In this document: positions 11,885-21,289 of the stretch, piece by piece
Numbering within the stretch: the first letter of the stretch is position 1
Layout: each line of letters begins with the position of its first letter
Source: Shigella phage ESH35
Length of the DNA: 64,000 bases
Reading direction: 5' to 3' (one strand)
Sequence record: ON528745
Notes under the pieces: model-generated
The model's database searches: none
Told to the model about the DNA's origin: nothing
What the model saw: only the letters and a program-made list of their open reading frames with translations
Program-made: the position numbers and the translations under genes

Positions 11885-11908
11885 AGTCTTACTGACATAA
11901 CATGAGGA
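11855..11908 (+). repeat. 54-bp promoter/SD-sequestering hairpin module, copy A
   Basis: Identical to 27142-27195 except one base (C/T in the loop). Confidence 0.85.
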
Positions 11909-11912
11909 CTTT

Positions 11913-12419
11913 ATGATGGATTTGCAGCTTATTACTACTGAAATGGTCGTTGAAGCATACGGTGATACTACAGATGGGATTTCTGTATTCAAAGGAAATC
12001 GTCGAGTTGGATATATCACCGATCTTAAGAAAGATTTAGCTAAGCAAGTCAAGCGGAAAACGACCATTAAAGAATATCGAAATCGTCGTCTTGAGCAAGC
12101 CCGTGATATGCTTCCTGATGCGGTTGAGGAGATGAAAGTCTTTTTAGAAAATCAACTCGCTAAGTATGATTGTGAAGTGTTTATTAATCAGACTCAACCT
12201 AATGTTCATATCAATAGCTGCAAATGCTATATCATCGTTAATCCTTTGACAGGAAAGCATCGTCTTGGAATTAGTAATCCAAATCGTAGCGCATCGGATA
12301 TGGCAGAAGATGTTGCGGCGTGCTTTAAAATTTCTAAATCTCCGGCTGAACATCATATTTTAATTAACGGGCTTGCTCAAGACGATATTATAGAGGTTAT
12401 TAAAACTTTATGCATGTAA
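11913..12419 (+). CDS. alc: Alc (host transcription shutoff on cytosine DNA)
   Basis: 168-aa ORF between rnlA and the spanin pair, position and size of T4 alc. Confidence 0.7.
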   Translation: MMDLQLITTEMVVEAYGDTTDGISVFKGNRRVGYITDLKKDLAKQVKRKTTIKEYRNRRLEQARDMLPDAVEEMKVFLENQLAKYDCEVFINQTQPNVHINSCKCYIIVNPLTGKHRLGISNPNRSASDMAEDVAACFKISKSPAEHHILINGLAQDDIIEVIKTLCM

Positions 12420-12763
12420 GTAATTTTACAGCTGGATTGCTATTACTTGTAATAGCATTTGGCGGAACATCTATTATTTTAAAAAATAAGGTAGAAAGAT
12501 TAGAAACGTCTGTTGTAGAAATTACAAAAACGGCCAATGAAAACGCCTTAGCATTAAATAATTTGCGAATTCAGTATAATTATATTGATGCGATGAATAA
12601 TAAAAATCGTGAGGCGATTGCTGCTATTGAGCGTGAAAATGAAAAACTGCGCAAAGATGCAAAGAAGGCGGATGTGGTGGCTCGTAAGCCAGGATTGGTT
12701 GAAAAACAAATCAACAACTCCTTCAACAAGTTCGCAGAAGACATCCAGGACCTTTCTAAATGA
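12410..12763 (+). CDS. pseT.3: i-spanin (Rz-like; pseT.3-like)
   Basis: N-terminal transmembrane helix (FTAGLLLLVIAFGGTSIIL) followed by coiled-coil periplasmic region; overlaps the o-spanin gene. Confidence 0.7.
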   Translation: MHVSNFTAGLLLLVIAFGGTSIILKNKVERLETSVVEITKTANENALALNNLRIQYNYIDAMNNKNREAIAAIERENEKLRKDAKKADVVARKPGLVEKQINNSFNKFAEDIQDLSK

Positions 12764-13059
12764 TTAAATTATCTGCAGTAATATTATCTATTGGTCTTCT
12801 AGTTGGTTGTTCGACAAAGCCTCTAGAAGTAAAGAAAGAAACAGTTCATCCTAATTGGCCTGTGCAAATAAAGTCATATGACGAAGCTAAACTATCTTGG
12901 CAAGTTAAAGTTATTGATGGTAAAGCTTGGGTCGGTATGCCATTTGAAGATTCCCAGGAATTTCGCATTTGGCTTAATGATGTAAAACGATATGTACATG
13001 ATCAGAAAACTATGATATGTTATTATCGTCAAGAGTTAAAAGAGGATAAATGCAAATGA
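12760..13059 (+). CDS. pseT.2: o-spanin lipoprotein (Rz1-like; pseT.2-like)
   Basis: Lipoprotein signal peptide with lipobox LLVGC at the N-terminus (MIKLSAVILSIGLLVGCSTKP). Confidence 0.75.
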   Translation: MIKLSAVILSIGLLVGCSTKPLEVKKETVHPNWPVQIKSYDEAKLSWQVKVIDGKAWVGMPFEDSQEFRIWLNDVKRYVHDQKTMICYYRQELKEDKCK

Positions 13060-13282
13060 TTTCATGGCATCAATTTGAACATCTCAAAGGATTGATTTAT
13101 GAATCCGAGATGGCTGCAATGATTTACGGACGCCAGATTCAGCGGTTAGAATCTTTACCTCCAACTAATGATGTTTTATTAGCTCAATCACGCGCTAATC
13201 TCAAAAATGAATATCAAAATAAGTGGGGTAAAGCATCTAAAGACCTGCATGATTATATTCAATCATTGGTTGAGAAAAATAA

Positions 13283-13286
<4 letters not shown>
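13050..13286 (+). CDS. Hypothetical small protein (78 aa)
   Basis: ORF in operon-like array upstream of pseT. Confidence 0.5.
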
Positions 13287-14486
<1,200 letters not shown>

Positions 14487-14487
<1 letters not shown>

Positions 14488-14684
14488 TGGCGTGGCATCA
14501 TGAAACTTGGGCTATTATTATTGTAAATAGTGGTTTAGTCGGTACTAGTAATGGGCAATTTTGTGTATTCACTAGTGAAATCAGAGCTTGGGAGGAATGC
14601 CTTAAATTAAGAGAAAAGAATCCTGATGTTGAACTAACAGTAAAGAAAACTAAACTGCCTTTACCATGGAAAACTTATGAATAA
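14487..14684 (+). CDS. Hypothetical small protein (65 aa)
   Basis: ORF in the pseT-cd small-gene array (one of five, as in T4 cd.1-cd.5). Confidence 0.5.
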
Positions 14685-14877
14685 CATAGAAAAGATTTAT
14701 CGTCTTTGTGATAAAATTGAAAAAGAAAAGAAATATCTATTTTGTTTATGGCCTATTGTTGATGGAAGAGTAGGTTTAGATGTTCTTGATTATGAAACAG
14801 AAGACAAAGTAGATGGTTCAACTTTTGATAATGCGTTGGATGTTATTGATTGGCTCGAAGAAAATTACGTGAGGTAA
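14677..14877 (+). CDS. Hypothetical small protein (66 aa)
   Basis: ORF in the pseT-cd small-gene array. Confidence 0.5.
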   Translation: MNNIEKIYRLCDKIEKEKKYLFCLWPIVDGRVGLDVLDYETEDKVDGSTFDNALDVIDWLEENYVR

Positions 14878-14879
14878 AT

Positions 14880-15155
14880 ATGTTTCCGACTTATTCTAAA
14901 ATTGTAGAAGTAGTGTTTAGTCAAATTATCGCTAATAATATGTTTGAAAAGCTTGATAACGCAGCCGAGCTTCGAATTCATGCTCAAGTGACTCATGTAT
15001 TGAACACTTTGCTTCCAGACCAGGTGGATTCTGTTGCCATTACGCTGTATCCAGGTTCCGCGCATATCATTGTCGTATTCGGTCTTGATGCTGAGTTAGT
15101 TATTAAAGGCGATATTCGTTTTGAATCGCAGACAGCAGAATTCAAAGCAATTTAA
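14880..15155 (+). CDS. Hypothetical protein (91 aa)
   Basis: ATG 14880 preceded by GAGGT; alternative upstream ATG 14850 lies inside the previous ORF. Confidence 0.5.
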   Translation: MFPTYSKIVEVVFSQIIANNMFEKLDNAAELRIHAQVTHVLNTLLPDQVDSVAITLYPGSAHIIVVFGLDAELVIKGDIRFESQTAEFKAI

Positions 15156-15157
15156 TA

Positions 15158-15187
15158 GTTTACTTTACGGTAGAGTTGTGATATTAT
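15158..15187 (+). promoter_or_regulatory. T4 early-type sigma70 promoter
   Basis: GTTTACT, 17-nt spacer, TATTAT. Confidence 0.55.
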
Positions 15188-15216
15188 AGCTCTACCAAAC
15201 AAATGAGGAAAACAAA

Positions 15217-15456
15217 ATGCTGCTAAGTGAAAAACCGATTACTGTTAAAGAATTCCAAGAAAAAGTTAAGCTATTTGCACAGGAATTGATAAATAAGGTT
15301 TCTGAACGATTTCCTGAAACATCGGTTCGTGTTATTACTGAAACTCCTCGTTCAGTATTAGTAATTGTGAATCCAGGTGATGGCGATCAAATATCGCATC
15401 TTAAATTAGATTTTGATGGATTAGTTGAAGCACAAAGGGTGTATGGCGTACTATGA
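15217..15456 (+). CDS. Hypothetical small protein (79 aa)
   Basis: ORF downstream of an early-type promoter, RBS GAGGA. Confidence 0.5.
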   Translation: MLLSEKPITVKEFQEKVKLFAQELINKVSERFPETSVRVITETPRSVLVIVNPGDGDQISHLKLDFDGLVEAQRVYGVL

Positions 15457-15791
15457 TGAATTTAACTGATATAATTGATAATTGTCTTGAAAATGATACT
15501 GGCGATCATAGAGCGCTTGACTCTGAAACAGCACAGTTCATTAGAATAACTTTAATGAATGACACTCTAGTAAATAGTATTCATCCTTCCGTATATGATG
15601 CTATTATTGTGACGAAGTATCCAGTTGAGCTTCACAAAAAGATGGTTGGCGCAATTTTTATTGATAAGAAAAACCGCTTTAAAGATGGGCAGAATATAAT
15701 TAGTTCTGTTATTAAAAGTATAACTAAACTTCGTCACGAAATTTATCGTGTTGAAACTGCTAAATCTGCTTATCTGGTGATTATGAAATGA
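15453..15791 (+). CDS. Hypothetical protein (112 aa)
   Basis: ORF overlapping neighbours by 4 nt. Confidence 0.5.
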   Translation: MMNLTDIIDNCLENDTGDHRALDSETAQFIRITLMNDTLVNSIHPSVYDAIIVTKYPVELHKKMVGAIFIDKKNRFKDGQNIISSVIKSITKLRHEIYRVETAKSAYLVIMK

Positions 15792-16369
15792 AAGCGAGTA
15801 CAGTACTTCAAATTGCATATTTAGTATCGCAGGAATCAAAATGTTGCTCCTGGAAGGTAGGAGCAGTAATTGAAAAGAATGGACGTATTATTTCTACCGG
15901 ATATAATGGTTCACCTGCTGGTGGTGTGAACTGTTGTGATTATGCTGCTGAGCAAGGTTGGTTGTTGAATAAGCCTAAACACACTATCATTCAAGGCCAT
16001 AAACCTGAATGCGTATCATTTGGTTCAACTGATCGTTTTGTCTTGGCGAAAGAACATCGTAGCGCTCACTCTGAATGGTCGTCTAAAAATGAAATTCATG
16101 CTGAACTAAATGCAATTTTGTTTGCTGCACGAAATGGTTCTTCTATTGAAGGTGCTACTATGTATGTAACACTTTCTCCTTGTCCAGATTGTGCAAAAGC
16201 GATAGCTCAATCTGGTATTAAAAAACTGGTTTATTGCGAAACATACGATAAAAATAAACCTGGCTGGGATGATATTCTGCGAAATGCAGGTATTGAAGTG
16301 TTTAATGTTCCTAAGAAAAACTTGAATAAGTTAAACTGGGAAAATATCAACGAATTCTGCGGTGAATAA
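15788..16369 (+). CDS. cd: dCMP deaminase
   Basis: 193-aa product with cytidine/deoxycytidylate deaminase zinc motifs (HAE ... PCPDC). Confidence 0.9.
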   Translation: MKASTVLQIAYLVSQESKCCSWKVGAVIEKNGRIISTGYNGSPAGGVNCCDYAAEQGWLLNKPKHTIIQGHKPECVSFGSTDRFVLAKEHRSAHSEWSSKNEIHAELNAILFAARNGSSIEGATMYVTLSPCPDCAKAIAQSGIKKLVYCETYDKNKPGWDDILRNAGIEVFNVPKKNLNKLNWENINEFCGE

Positions 16370-16605
16370 TGAAATTTCGTTTGGTAAAGCTTACAGCAAT
16401 TAGTTCTTATTCTAACGAGAACATCTCGTTTGCTGTAGAGTATAAGAAATATTTTTTCTCTAAATGGAAACAGTATTATAAAACTGATTGGACTAGTATT
16501 GATAGACCATATAGTTGGAAATCTGATTTAGAAAAATGCCAAAAATTACTTTCCACCCTTAAAGAACGTGGAACAACTCATATTAAAACTGTAATAGGTA
16601 AATAA
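16369..16605 (+). CDS. Hypothetical small protein (78 aa)
   Basis: ORF between cd and gene 31. Confidence 0.5.
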   Translation: MKFRLVKLTAISSYSNENISFAVEYKKYFFSKWKQYYKTDWTSIDRPYSWKSDLEKCQKLLSTLKERGTTHIKTVIGK

Positions 16606-16914
16606 ATGAAACTGACAACTGAGCAGAAAGTAGCAATTCGCGAAATTTTGAAAACCAAATTGTCCATGGGTGTTTCAAACGTAGTTTTTGAAAAGTCTGA
16701 TGGTACTATTCGTACTATGAAAGGTACTCGTGATGCAGACTTTATGCCAACCATGCAAATTGGTAAATTGACTGAATCTACTCGGAAAGAATCTACTGAC
16801 ATGATTCCAGTATTTGATGTTGAACTTGGCGCATGGCGAGGTTTTTCTATTGACAAATTGATTTCTGTTAATGGTATGAAAGTTGAGCATTTGCTTCAAT
16901 TTATTGGTAAATAA
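16606..16914 (+). CDS. Hypothetical protein (102 aa)
   Basis: ORF between cd and gene 31. Confidence 0.5.
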   Translation: MKLTTEQKVAIREILKTKLSMGVSNVVFEKSDGTIRTMKGTRDADFMPTMQIGKLTESTRKESTDMIPVFDVELGAWRGFSIDKLISVNGMKVEHLLQFIGK

Positions 16915-16970
16915 ATGCTTTAAGAATTATTTGTTATTATTAATTCATCTGTTAACAAAAAGGAAAAACG

Positions 16971-17306
16971 ATGTCTGAAGTACAACAGCTACCAATTCGT
17001 GCTGTCGGTGAATATGTTATTTTAGTTTCTGAACCTGCACAGGCTGGTGATGAAGAAGTTACAGAATCAGGACTTATTATCGGTAAACGTGTTCAAGGTG
17101 AAGTTCCTGAACTGTGTGTAGTTCACTCTGTTGGTCCTGATGTTCCTGAAGGTTTCTGCGAAGTTGGTGATTTGACTTCTCTTCCAGTTGGTCAAATTCG
17201 AAATGTTCCGCATCCTTTTGTAGCTCTGGGTCTTAAGCAGCCAAAAGAAATTAAACAAAAATTCGTCACTTGCCACTATAAAGCTATTCCATGTCTTTAT
17301 AAGTGA
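16971..17306 (+). CDS. 31: Co-chaperonin gp31 (GroES-like, capsid folding)
   Basis: 111-aa product [19 protein letters not shown]...; size and position of T4 gp31. Confidence 0.85.
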
Positions 17307-17453
17307 TATAAATAATAATATGAATTGGGTGTCGGAATAATAAGTTAACCGAACAATTCTATGTGGTAGTCTACAACTGAGAGATCTGTCGAAAGAAGAT
17401 GAAATTCAGAAGAACGTGACTACCGAGTTTTAATCTCTAACGAGAATTTTTAA

Positions 17454-17702
17454 ATGATTAAACAATTACAACACGCTCTTGAACTGCAACGAAACGCATG
17501 GAATAATGGTCACGAAAACTATGGCGCATCTATTGATGTTGAAGCCGAAGCTCTTGAAATCCTGCGTTATTTCAAACATCTAAATCCTGCTCAAACTGCA
17601 TTAGCTGCTGAGCTTCAGGAAAAAGATGAACTTAAGTATGCTAAGCCTCTGGCTTCTGCTGCACGAAAAGCAGTTCGTCACTTTGTGGTAACATTGAAGT
17701 AA
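17454..17702 (+). CDS. rIII: Lysis inhibition accessory protein rIII
   Basis: 82-aa ORF MIKQLQHALELQRNAWNN...; size and position of T4 rIII. Confidence 0.8.
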   Translation: MIKQLQHALELQRNAWNNGHENYGASIDVEAEALEILRYFKHLNPAQTALAAELQEKDELKYAKPLASAARKAVRHFVVTLK

Positions 17703-17947
17703 TTTATTGGAGATTCACTGCCTTAGTGTGAGCTAAAATCGAGGAGCCATCGAACTGTCTGATTAATGATTTGCGAATCATTATAGTTTTAAGACCCCGG
17801 CAGTTTTATGGTGTACCTCTTGAATGTGAATGATGACGGGTTTATGGTTATCCTGGTCGTTAAATACCCAAAAACCTATGTTCCCCTTGAGGGCTTGCGC
17901 AGGCAATGCCAATAAGTCCTGCATTTTCATTTAAAAGAGAATTTATA

Positions 17948-18124
17948 ATGGCAAAACAAGCTAAAGCAAAGAAAGCAGTTGAAAAGAAAGTTGGTGATTC
18001 TAAACGCGCTGGTTACAAGCGTGGGTCGAACTCTCGTATCAATCAAACTGTTGAGAAGATCATGCGCCGAGCACGTGCGGTTCTTCGAGATGATGCTTCT
18101 CGTTTTGGTAAGCAGAAAGCATAA
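17948..18124 (+). CDS. Hypothetical small lysine/arginine-rich protein (58 aa; start uncertain)
   Basis: ORF MAKQAKAKKAVEKK...; followed immediately by a strong terminator hairpin. Confidence 0.45.
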   Translation: MAKQAKAKKAVEKKVGDSKRAGYKRGSNSRINQTVEKIMRRARAVLRDDASRFGKQKA

Positions 18125-18128
18125 GTTG

Positions 18129-18158
18129 AGGACTCCTTCGGGAGTCCTTTTTTATTTT
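18129..18158 (+). terminator. Rho-independent terminator
   Basis: AGGACTCC-TTCG-GGAGTCCT followed by TTTTTTATTTT. Confidence 0.8.
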
Positions 18159-18177
18159 CCAAAGATTGCATAAAGTT

Positions 18178-18207
18178 GTTTACAGTATGGTTCCTTTGTG
18201 ATAGTAT
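18178..18207 (+). promoter_or_regulatory. T4 early-type sigma70 promoter
   Basis: GTTTACA, 17-nt spacer, TAGTAT. Confidence 0.6.
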
Positions 18208-18234
18208 TATCTTACACAAACAAAGGAGAATAAA

Positions 18235-18567
18235 ATGAAAACGATTAATCTGAACGCTGCAGTTAAAGCTAAATGCTTCAATGGTGAATATAACGAAACT
18301 ATGTGGTTCTTAATGGCAGTTGAAGGTGATATTATTGAAGTAGAAACAACAGAAGGTATGGGAACAGATTTCACCTTTACAATTCAAGTTCATAATTTCT
18401 TTACTGGTTGGATTTATGAATTGAATACAGTAATCGTTGGAAAAATTGAACAAAATGAATTAGGTGAATGGTATTATGTTACAGCTCGCCAACGTGCCGA
18501 ACGCTTAATTGAGAAGATGAAAAAAGTCGGTAAGCTTGACATGAAGCACTGGAAAGTAGTAAAATAA
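18235..18567 (+). CDS. Hypothetical protein (110 aa)
   Basis: ORF with AAAGGAG RBS downstream of an early-type promoter. Confidence 0.55.
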   Translation: MKTINLNAAVKAKCFNGEYNETMWFLMAVEGDIIEVETTEGMGTDFTFTIQVHNFFTGWIYELNTVIVGKIEQNELGEWYYVTARQRAERLIEKMKKVGKLDMKHWKVVK

Positions 18568-18569
18568 TT

Positions 18570-18599
18570 GTTTACTTTGGTACAGGATATGATATTATA
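18570..18599 (+). promoter_or_regulatory. T4 early-type sigma70 promoter
   Basis: GTTTACT, ~17-nt spacer, TATTAT; spacer inverted repeat GGTACAGG...CCTGTACC. Confidence 0.55.
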
Positions 18600-18635
18600 T
18601 ACCTGTACCGCAATTAAACATCTCGGAGAACAAAA

Positions 18636-19001
18636 ATGAACTACATCAACTTTGAACGTAAATATGTTTCTAATGGTATTGCAGGTTCTATTGATACTAT
18701 TTGCCTTTGGAAACATCAAAATGGATCAGTATGCGAAATTGAACAGTATATGACTCCTAACTACGTTTATATGCGATTTGAAAATGGCATCACGGTTTCA
18801 ATCACAATGGAAGGTTCAAATTTTAAAATCGCTTTAGATGATGATTTTCGTCAACGCGATTTAGGGACTCATCCTTGCTGGAATGGTGATAATCGCAAGC
18901 TTTTGGTTAAAACTTGGATTCGTCATATTCTGAGTAACAGAGCTAAACCTGAGCATCTTGAAGCAATCTTTGATGTAGTTCTTAACGAATTTGATATTTA
19001 A
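18636..19001 (+). CDS. Hypothetical protein (121 aa)
   Basis: ORF with GGAGAA RBS downstream of an early-type promoter. Confidence 0.55.
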   Translation: MNYINFERKYVSNGIAGSIDTICLWKHQNGSVCEIEQYMTPNYVYMRFENGITVSITMEGSNFKIALDDDFRQRDLGTHPCWNGDNRKLLVKTWIRHILSNRAKPEHLEAIFDVVLNEFDI

Positions 19002-19042
19002 AATAAAATGAGGGGCTTCGGCCCCTTACTGAGGAAAATATT

Positions 19043-19330
19043 ATGTTTATGACTACTTATTTTGACACCCGCAAAAATTTTTGTGAAGTGGTTTTCTCAA
19101 AGGCACCTAAAGACCTTCCTGCTCATTTGCAGCCTACCAGTGAATCGATTAAAAATTACGTTGATGTGGTTTGTCCTTTAGAATTCCGTACAGTAAATGG
19201 GCGTGATACTTTAGCTATCGCTAAACTTAATCGTGAAATTGACATTGACCCTTCAATTGCGCGTGAAATTAATATTTCTGATATTGGCGGCGGTAATGTT
19301 AAATCGCATGGTTTTCAGATGAGGTTCTAA
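19043..19330 (+). CDS. Hypothetical protein (95 aa)
   Basis: ORF with GAGGAAA RBS. Confidence 0.5.
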   Translation: MFMTTYFDTRKNFCEVVFSKAPKDLPAHLQPTSESIKNYVDVVCPLEFRTVNGRDTLAIAKLNREIDIDPSIAREINISDIGGGNVKSHGFQMRF

Positions 19331-19527
19331 TGAAATTCTTTTTAGGTCAAACTGTTGAATTAAAGGGAGTTGGTATACCTGGATTAATTTCTAAGGTTCT
19401 ACCTCCATTTAAATGGAGTGGTGTTCAAATAAAAGAGGCTTATATTGTTTCCTGGGTAGATGGAAATGAAGACCTTCGTATGGGTGATGAATTGTCTCCT
19501 ATTTACGGATTAAAGGAATTAGTATGA
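19330..19527 (+). CDS. Hypothetical small protein (65 aa)
   Basis: ORF overlapping neighbours (TAATG). Confidence 0.45.
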   Translation: MKFFLGQTVELKGVGIPGLISKVLPPFKWSGVQIKEAYIVSWVDGNEDLRMGDELSPIYGLKELV

Positions 19528-19730
19528 ATATAATTAATAAGATTTTTGGAATTCAGTACATTAAGGTCACATATAAAGTAACAGATAAAAATCCATATAC
19601 TGATGAACATGAAGAACCACAAGTTGAGTCTATTATATTAGAAAAGGACCCTAACTGGCCAGTTGAATTTCGTCTTCCTTGCTATGGTCATTGGGCTGAT
19701 GTTGAAATTATAAGTATTGAAAATGTCTGA
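19524..19730 (+). CDS. Hypothetical small protein (68 aa)
   Basis: ORF overlapping neighbours. Confidence 0.45.
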   Translation: MNIINKIFGIQYIKVTYKVTDKNPYTDEHEEPQVESIILEKDPNWPVEFRLPCYGHWADVEIISIENV

Positions 19731-20181
19731 GTTAGAGATTAGAAGCAATTTTAGATGGCCATCGTGTGCATTAAGTAATTTCGCCCAATGGCCTTTCGTC
19801 ATGGATGGTATTCAATTCGGAGGTCTTGAAGGATTCCTCCAAGGATGCAAGGTGAAAAATGTTGAACAACAAAAACGTATATTTGGGCTCTCCGGCTTGG
19901 CCGCCCAGCAAAGTGGAAGAGCTTATGCAAGAGCTGCGGACCGTGGGACGCTTTTCTGGCTTGGAATTCCCTTTTCAAGATACTCTGCAGCATGGAAAGA
20001 GTTGTATACAAATGCATATTTTGAAGCAGCGATTCAAAACAAGGGGTTTCGTGATGCCTTACAAGCCTCTAAAGGAAAAATTTTGAAGCATAGCATGGCT
20101 AGTGGTCTAACAAAAGATGATACAATACTAACCGAAGCTGAATTTATTGATGTGTTAAACCTATTAAGAGACTCTCTATGA
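19717..20181 (+). CDS. NADAR/YbiA-like (DUF1768-like) protein, divergent
   Basis: Motif LSNFAQWPFVMDGIQFGGLEGFLQGCK parallels the FSNFAxWP..DG...SEHYFQAxK signature of YbiA/NADAR proteins (pattern recalled from memory). Confidence 0.5.
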   Translation: MKMSELEIRSNFRWPSCALSNFAQWPFVMDGIQFGGLEGFLQGCKVKNVEQQKRIFGLSGLAAQQSGRAYARAADRGTLFWLGIPFSRYSAAWKELYTNAYFEAAIQNKGFRDALQASKGKILKHSMASGLTKDDTILTEAEFIDVLNLLRDSL

Positions 20182-21020
20182 AGCCTACTATTTTGACTGA
20201 TATTGACGGGGTGTGTTTAAGCTGGCAATCGGGCCTTCCTTATTTTGCCCAAAAATATAATCTTCCGTTGGAACATATTTTAAAAATGATTCAGGACGAA
20301 AAATTTATTTCTCCTGGTAAGCTCTTTAATTGCGATGAAGAACTTGGTGTTAAATTAATCGAAAAGTATAATCGTTCAGATTTTATTCGCTATTTGTCTC
20401 CATATAAAGATGCCCTGTGTGTAATTAACAAATTAAAAGAAGATTATAATTTTGTAGCTGTTACAGCACTGGGTGATTCTATTGACGCTCTGCTGAATCG
20501 TCAATTTAATTTGAATGCTCTTTTTCCTGGTGCCTTCTTAGAAGTATTGATGTGTGGTCATGATTCTTCAAAAGAAGAGTTGTTCAAAAAGGCAAAAGAG
20601 AAATATAACGTAATTTGTTATATTGACGATCTCGCTCACCACTGCGATCATGCGAGTGAAATATTAAATGTTCCTGTTTATTGGATGGCTCGAGGGGAGC
20701 GTGACAGTATTCCAAAAACTGCACAGCGAGTTTATACATGGAATGATGTAGAGAATAAGCTTTTTCCATCGAATGAAAATAAAGAAAGTTTTGATAGTGA
20801 AAAAGCTATAAAAGATGTAATTGAAAAGATGATTAAAAACGATTCTTTTCGTTGGAATACTACCTGGAGAACTCCTGGATTAAATCCATACCATCCATAT
20901 TATACACATCCATATCATGTGCATCCATTTCATACATGGAACTATATTAAACCTGGTGGCATAGAGTATTTGTATAATAGACCTACTAGTGGTGATAATA
21001 TTTTACAAGGAGCATTCTAA
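20178..21020 (+). CDS. HAD-superfamily hydrolase, 5'(3')-deoxyribonucleotidase-like, with His/Pro/Tyr-rich C-terminal tail
   Basis: N-terminal HAD motif I ILTDIDGVCLSW; C-terminal repeat NPYHPYYTHPYHVHPFHTW. Confidence 0.55.
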   Translation: MKPTILTDIDGVCLSWQSGLPYFAQKYNLPLEHILKMIQDEKFISPGKLFNCDEELGVKLIEKYNRSDFIRYLSPYKDALCVINKLKEDYNFVAVTALGDSIDALLNRQFNLNALFPGAFLEVLMCGHDSSKEELFKKAKEKYNVICYIDDLAHHCDHASEILNVPVYWMARGERDSIPKTAQRVYTWNDVENKLFPSNENKESFDSEKAIKDVIEKMIKNDSFRWNTTWRTPGLNPYHPYYTHPYHVHPFHTWNYIKPGGIEYLYNRPTSGDNILQGAF

Positions 21021-21289
21021 TGTTTGTTGTTCATACTATTTATGAAAATGAAGGTAATACTACACGTGATTACGGTCACGTAAATCAATTTTTTAGATGC
21101 AATCCAGAATTCCGAGCTCAAAAAGACGAACGAATTTTTAAAAAATGTGTAGAGCAAGGTTTCATTTACGTCAAGCACTGGATGCAAGGAAATAAAGTTA
21201 GAACCACGTACCACAGGTCTTTGACTGAGCTTAATGATGAATTGATTTATAATAGAGCTGTAAACCAAACTCTAAAGGATGAACAATGA
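21020..21289 (+). CDS. Hypothetical protein (89 aa)
   Basis: ORF immediately upstream of the DNA ligase gene. Confidence 0.45.
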   Translation: MFVVHTIYENEGNTTRDYGHVNQFFRCNPEFRAQKDERIFKKCVEQGFIYVKHWMQGNKVRTTYHRSLTELNDELIYNRAVNQTLKDEQ

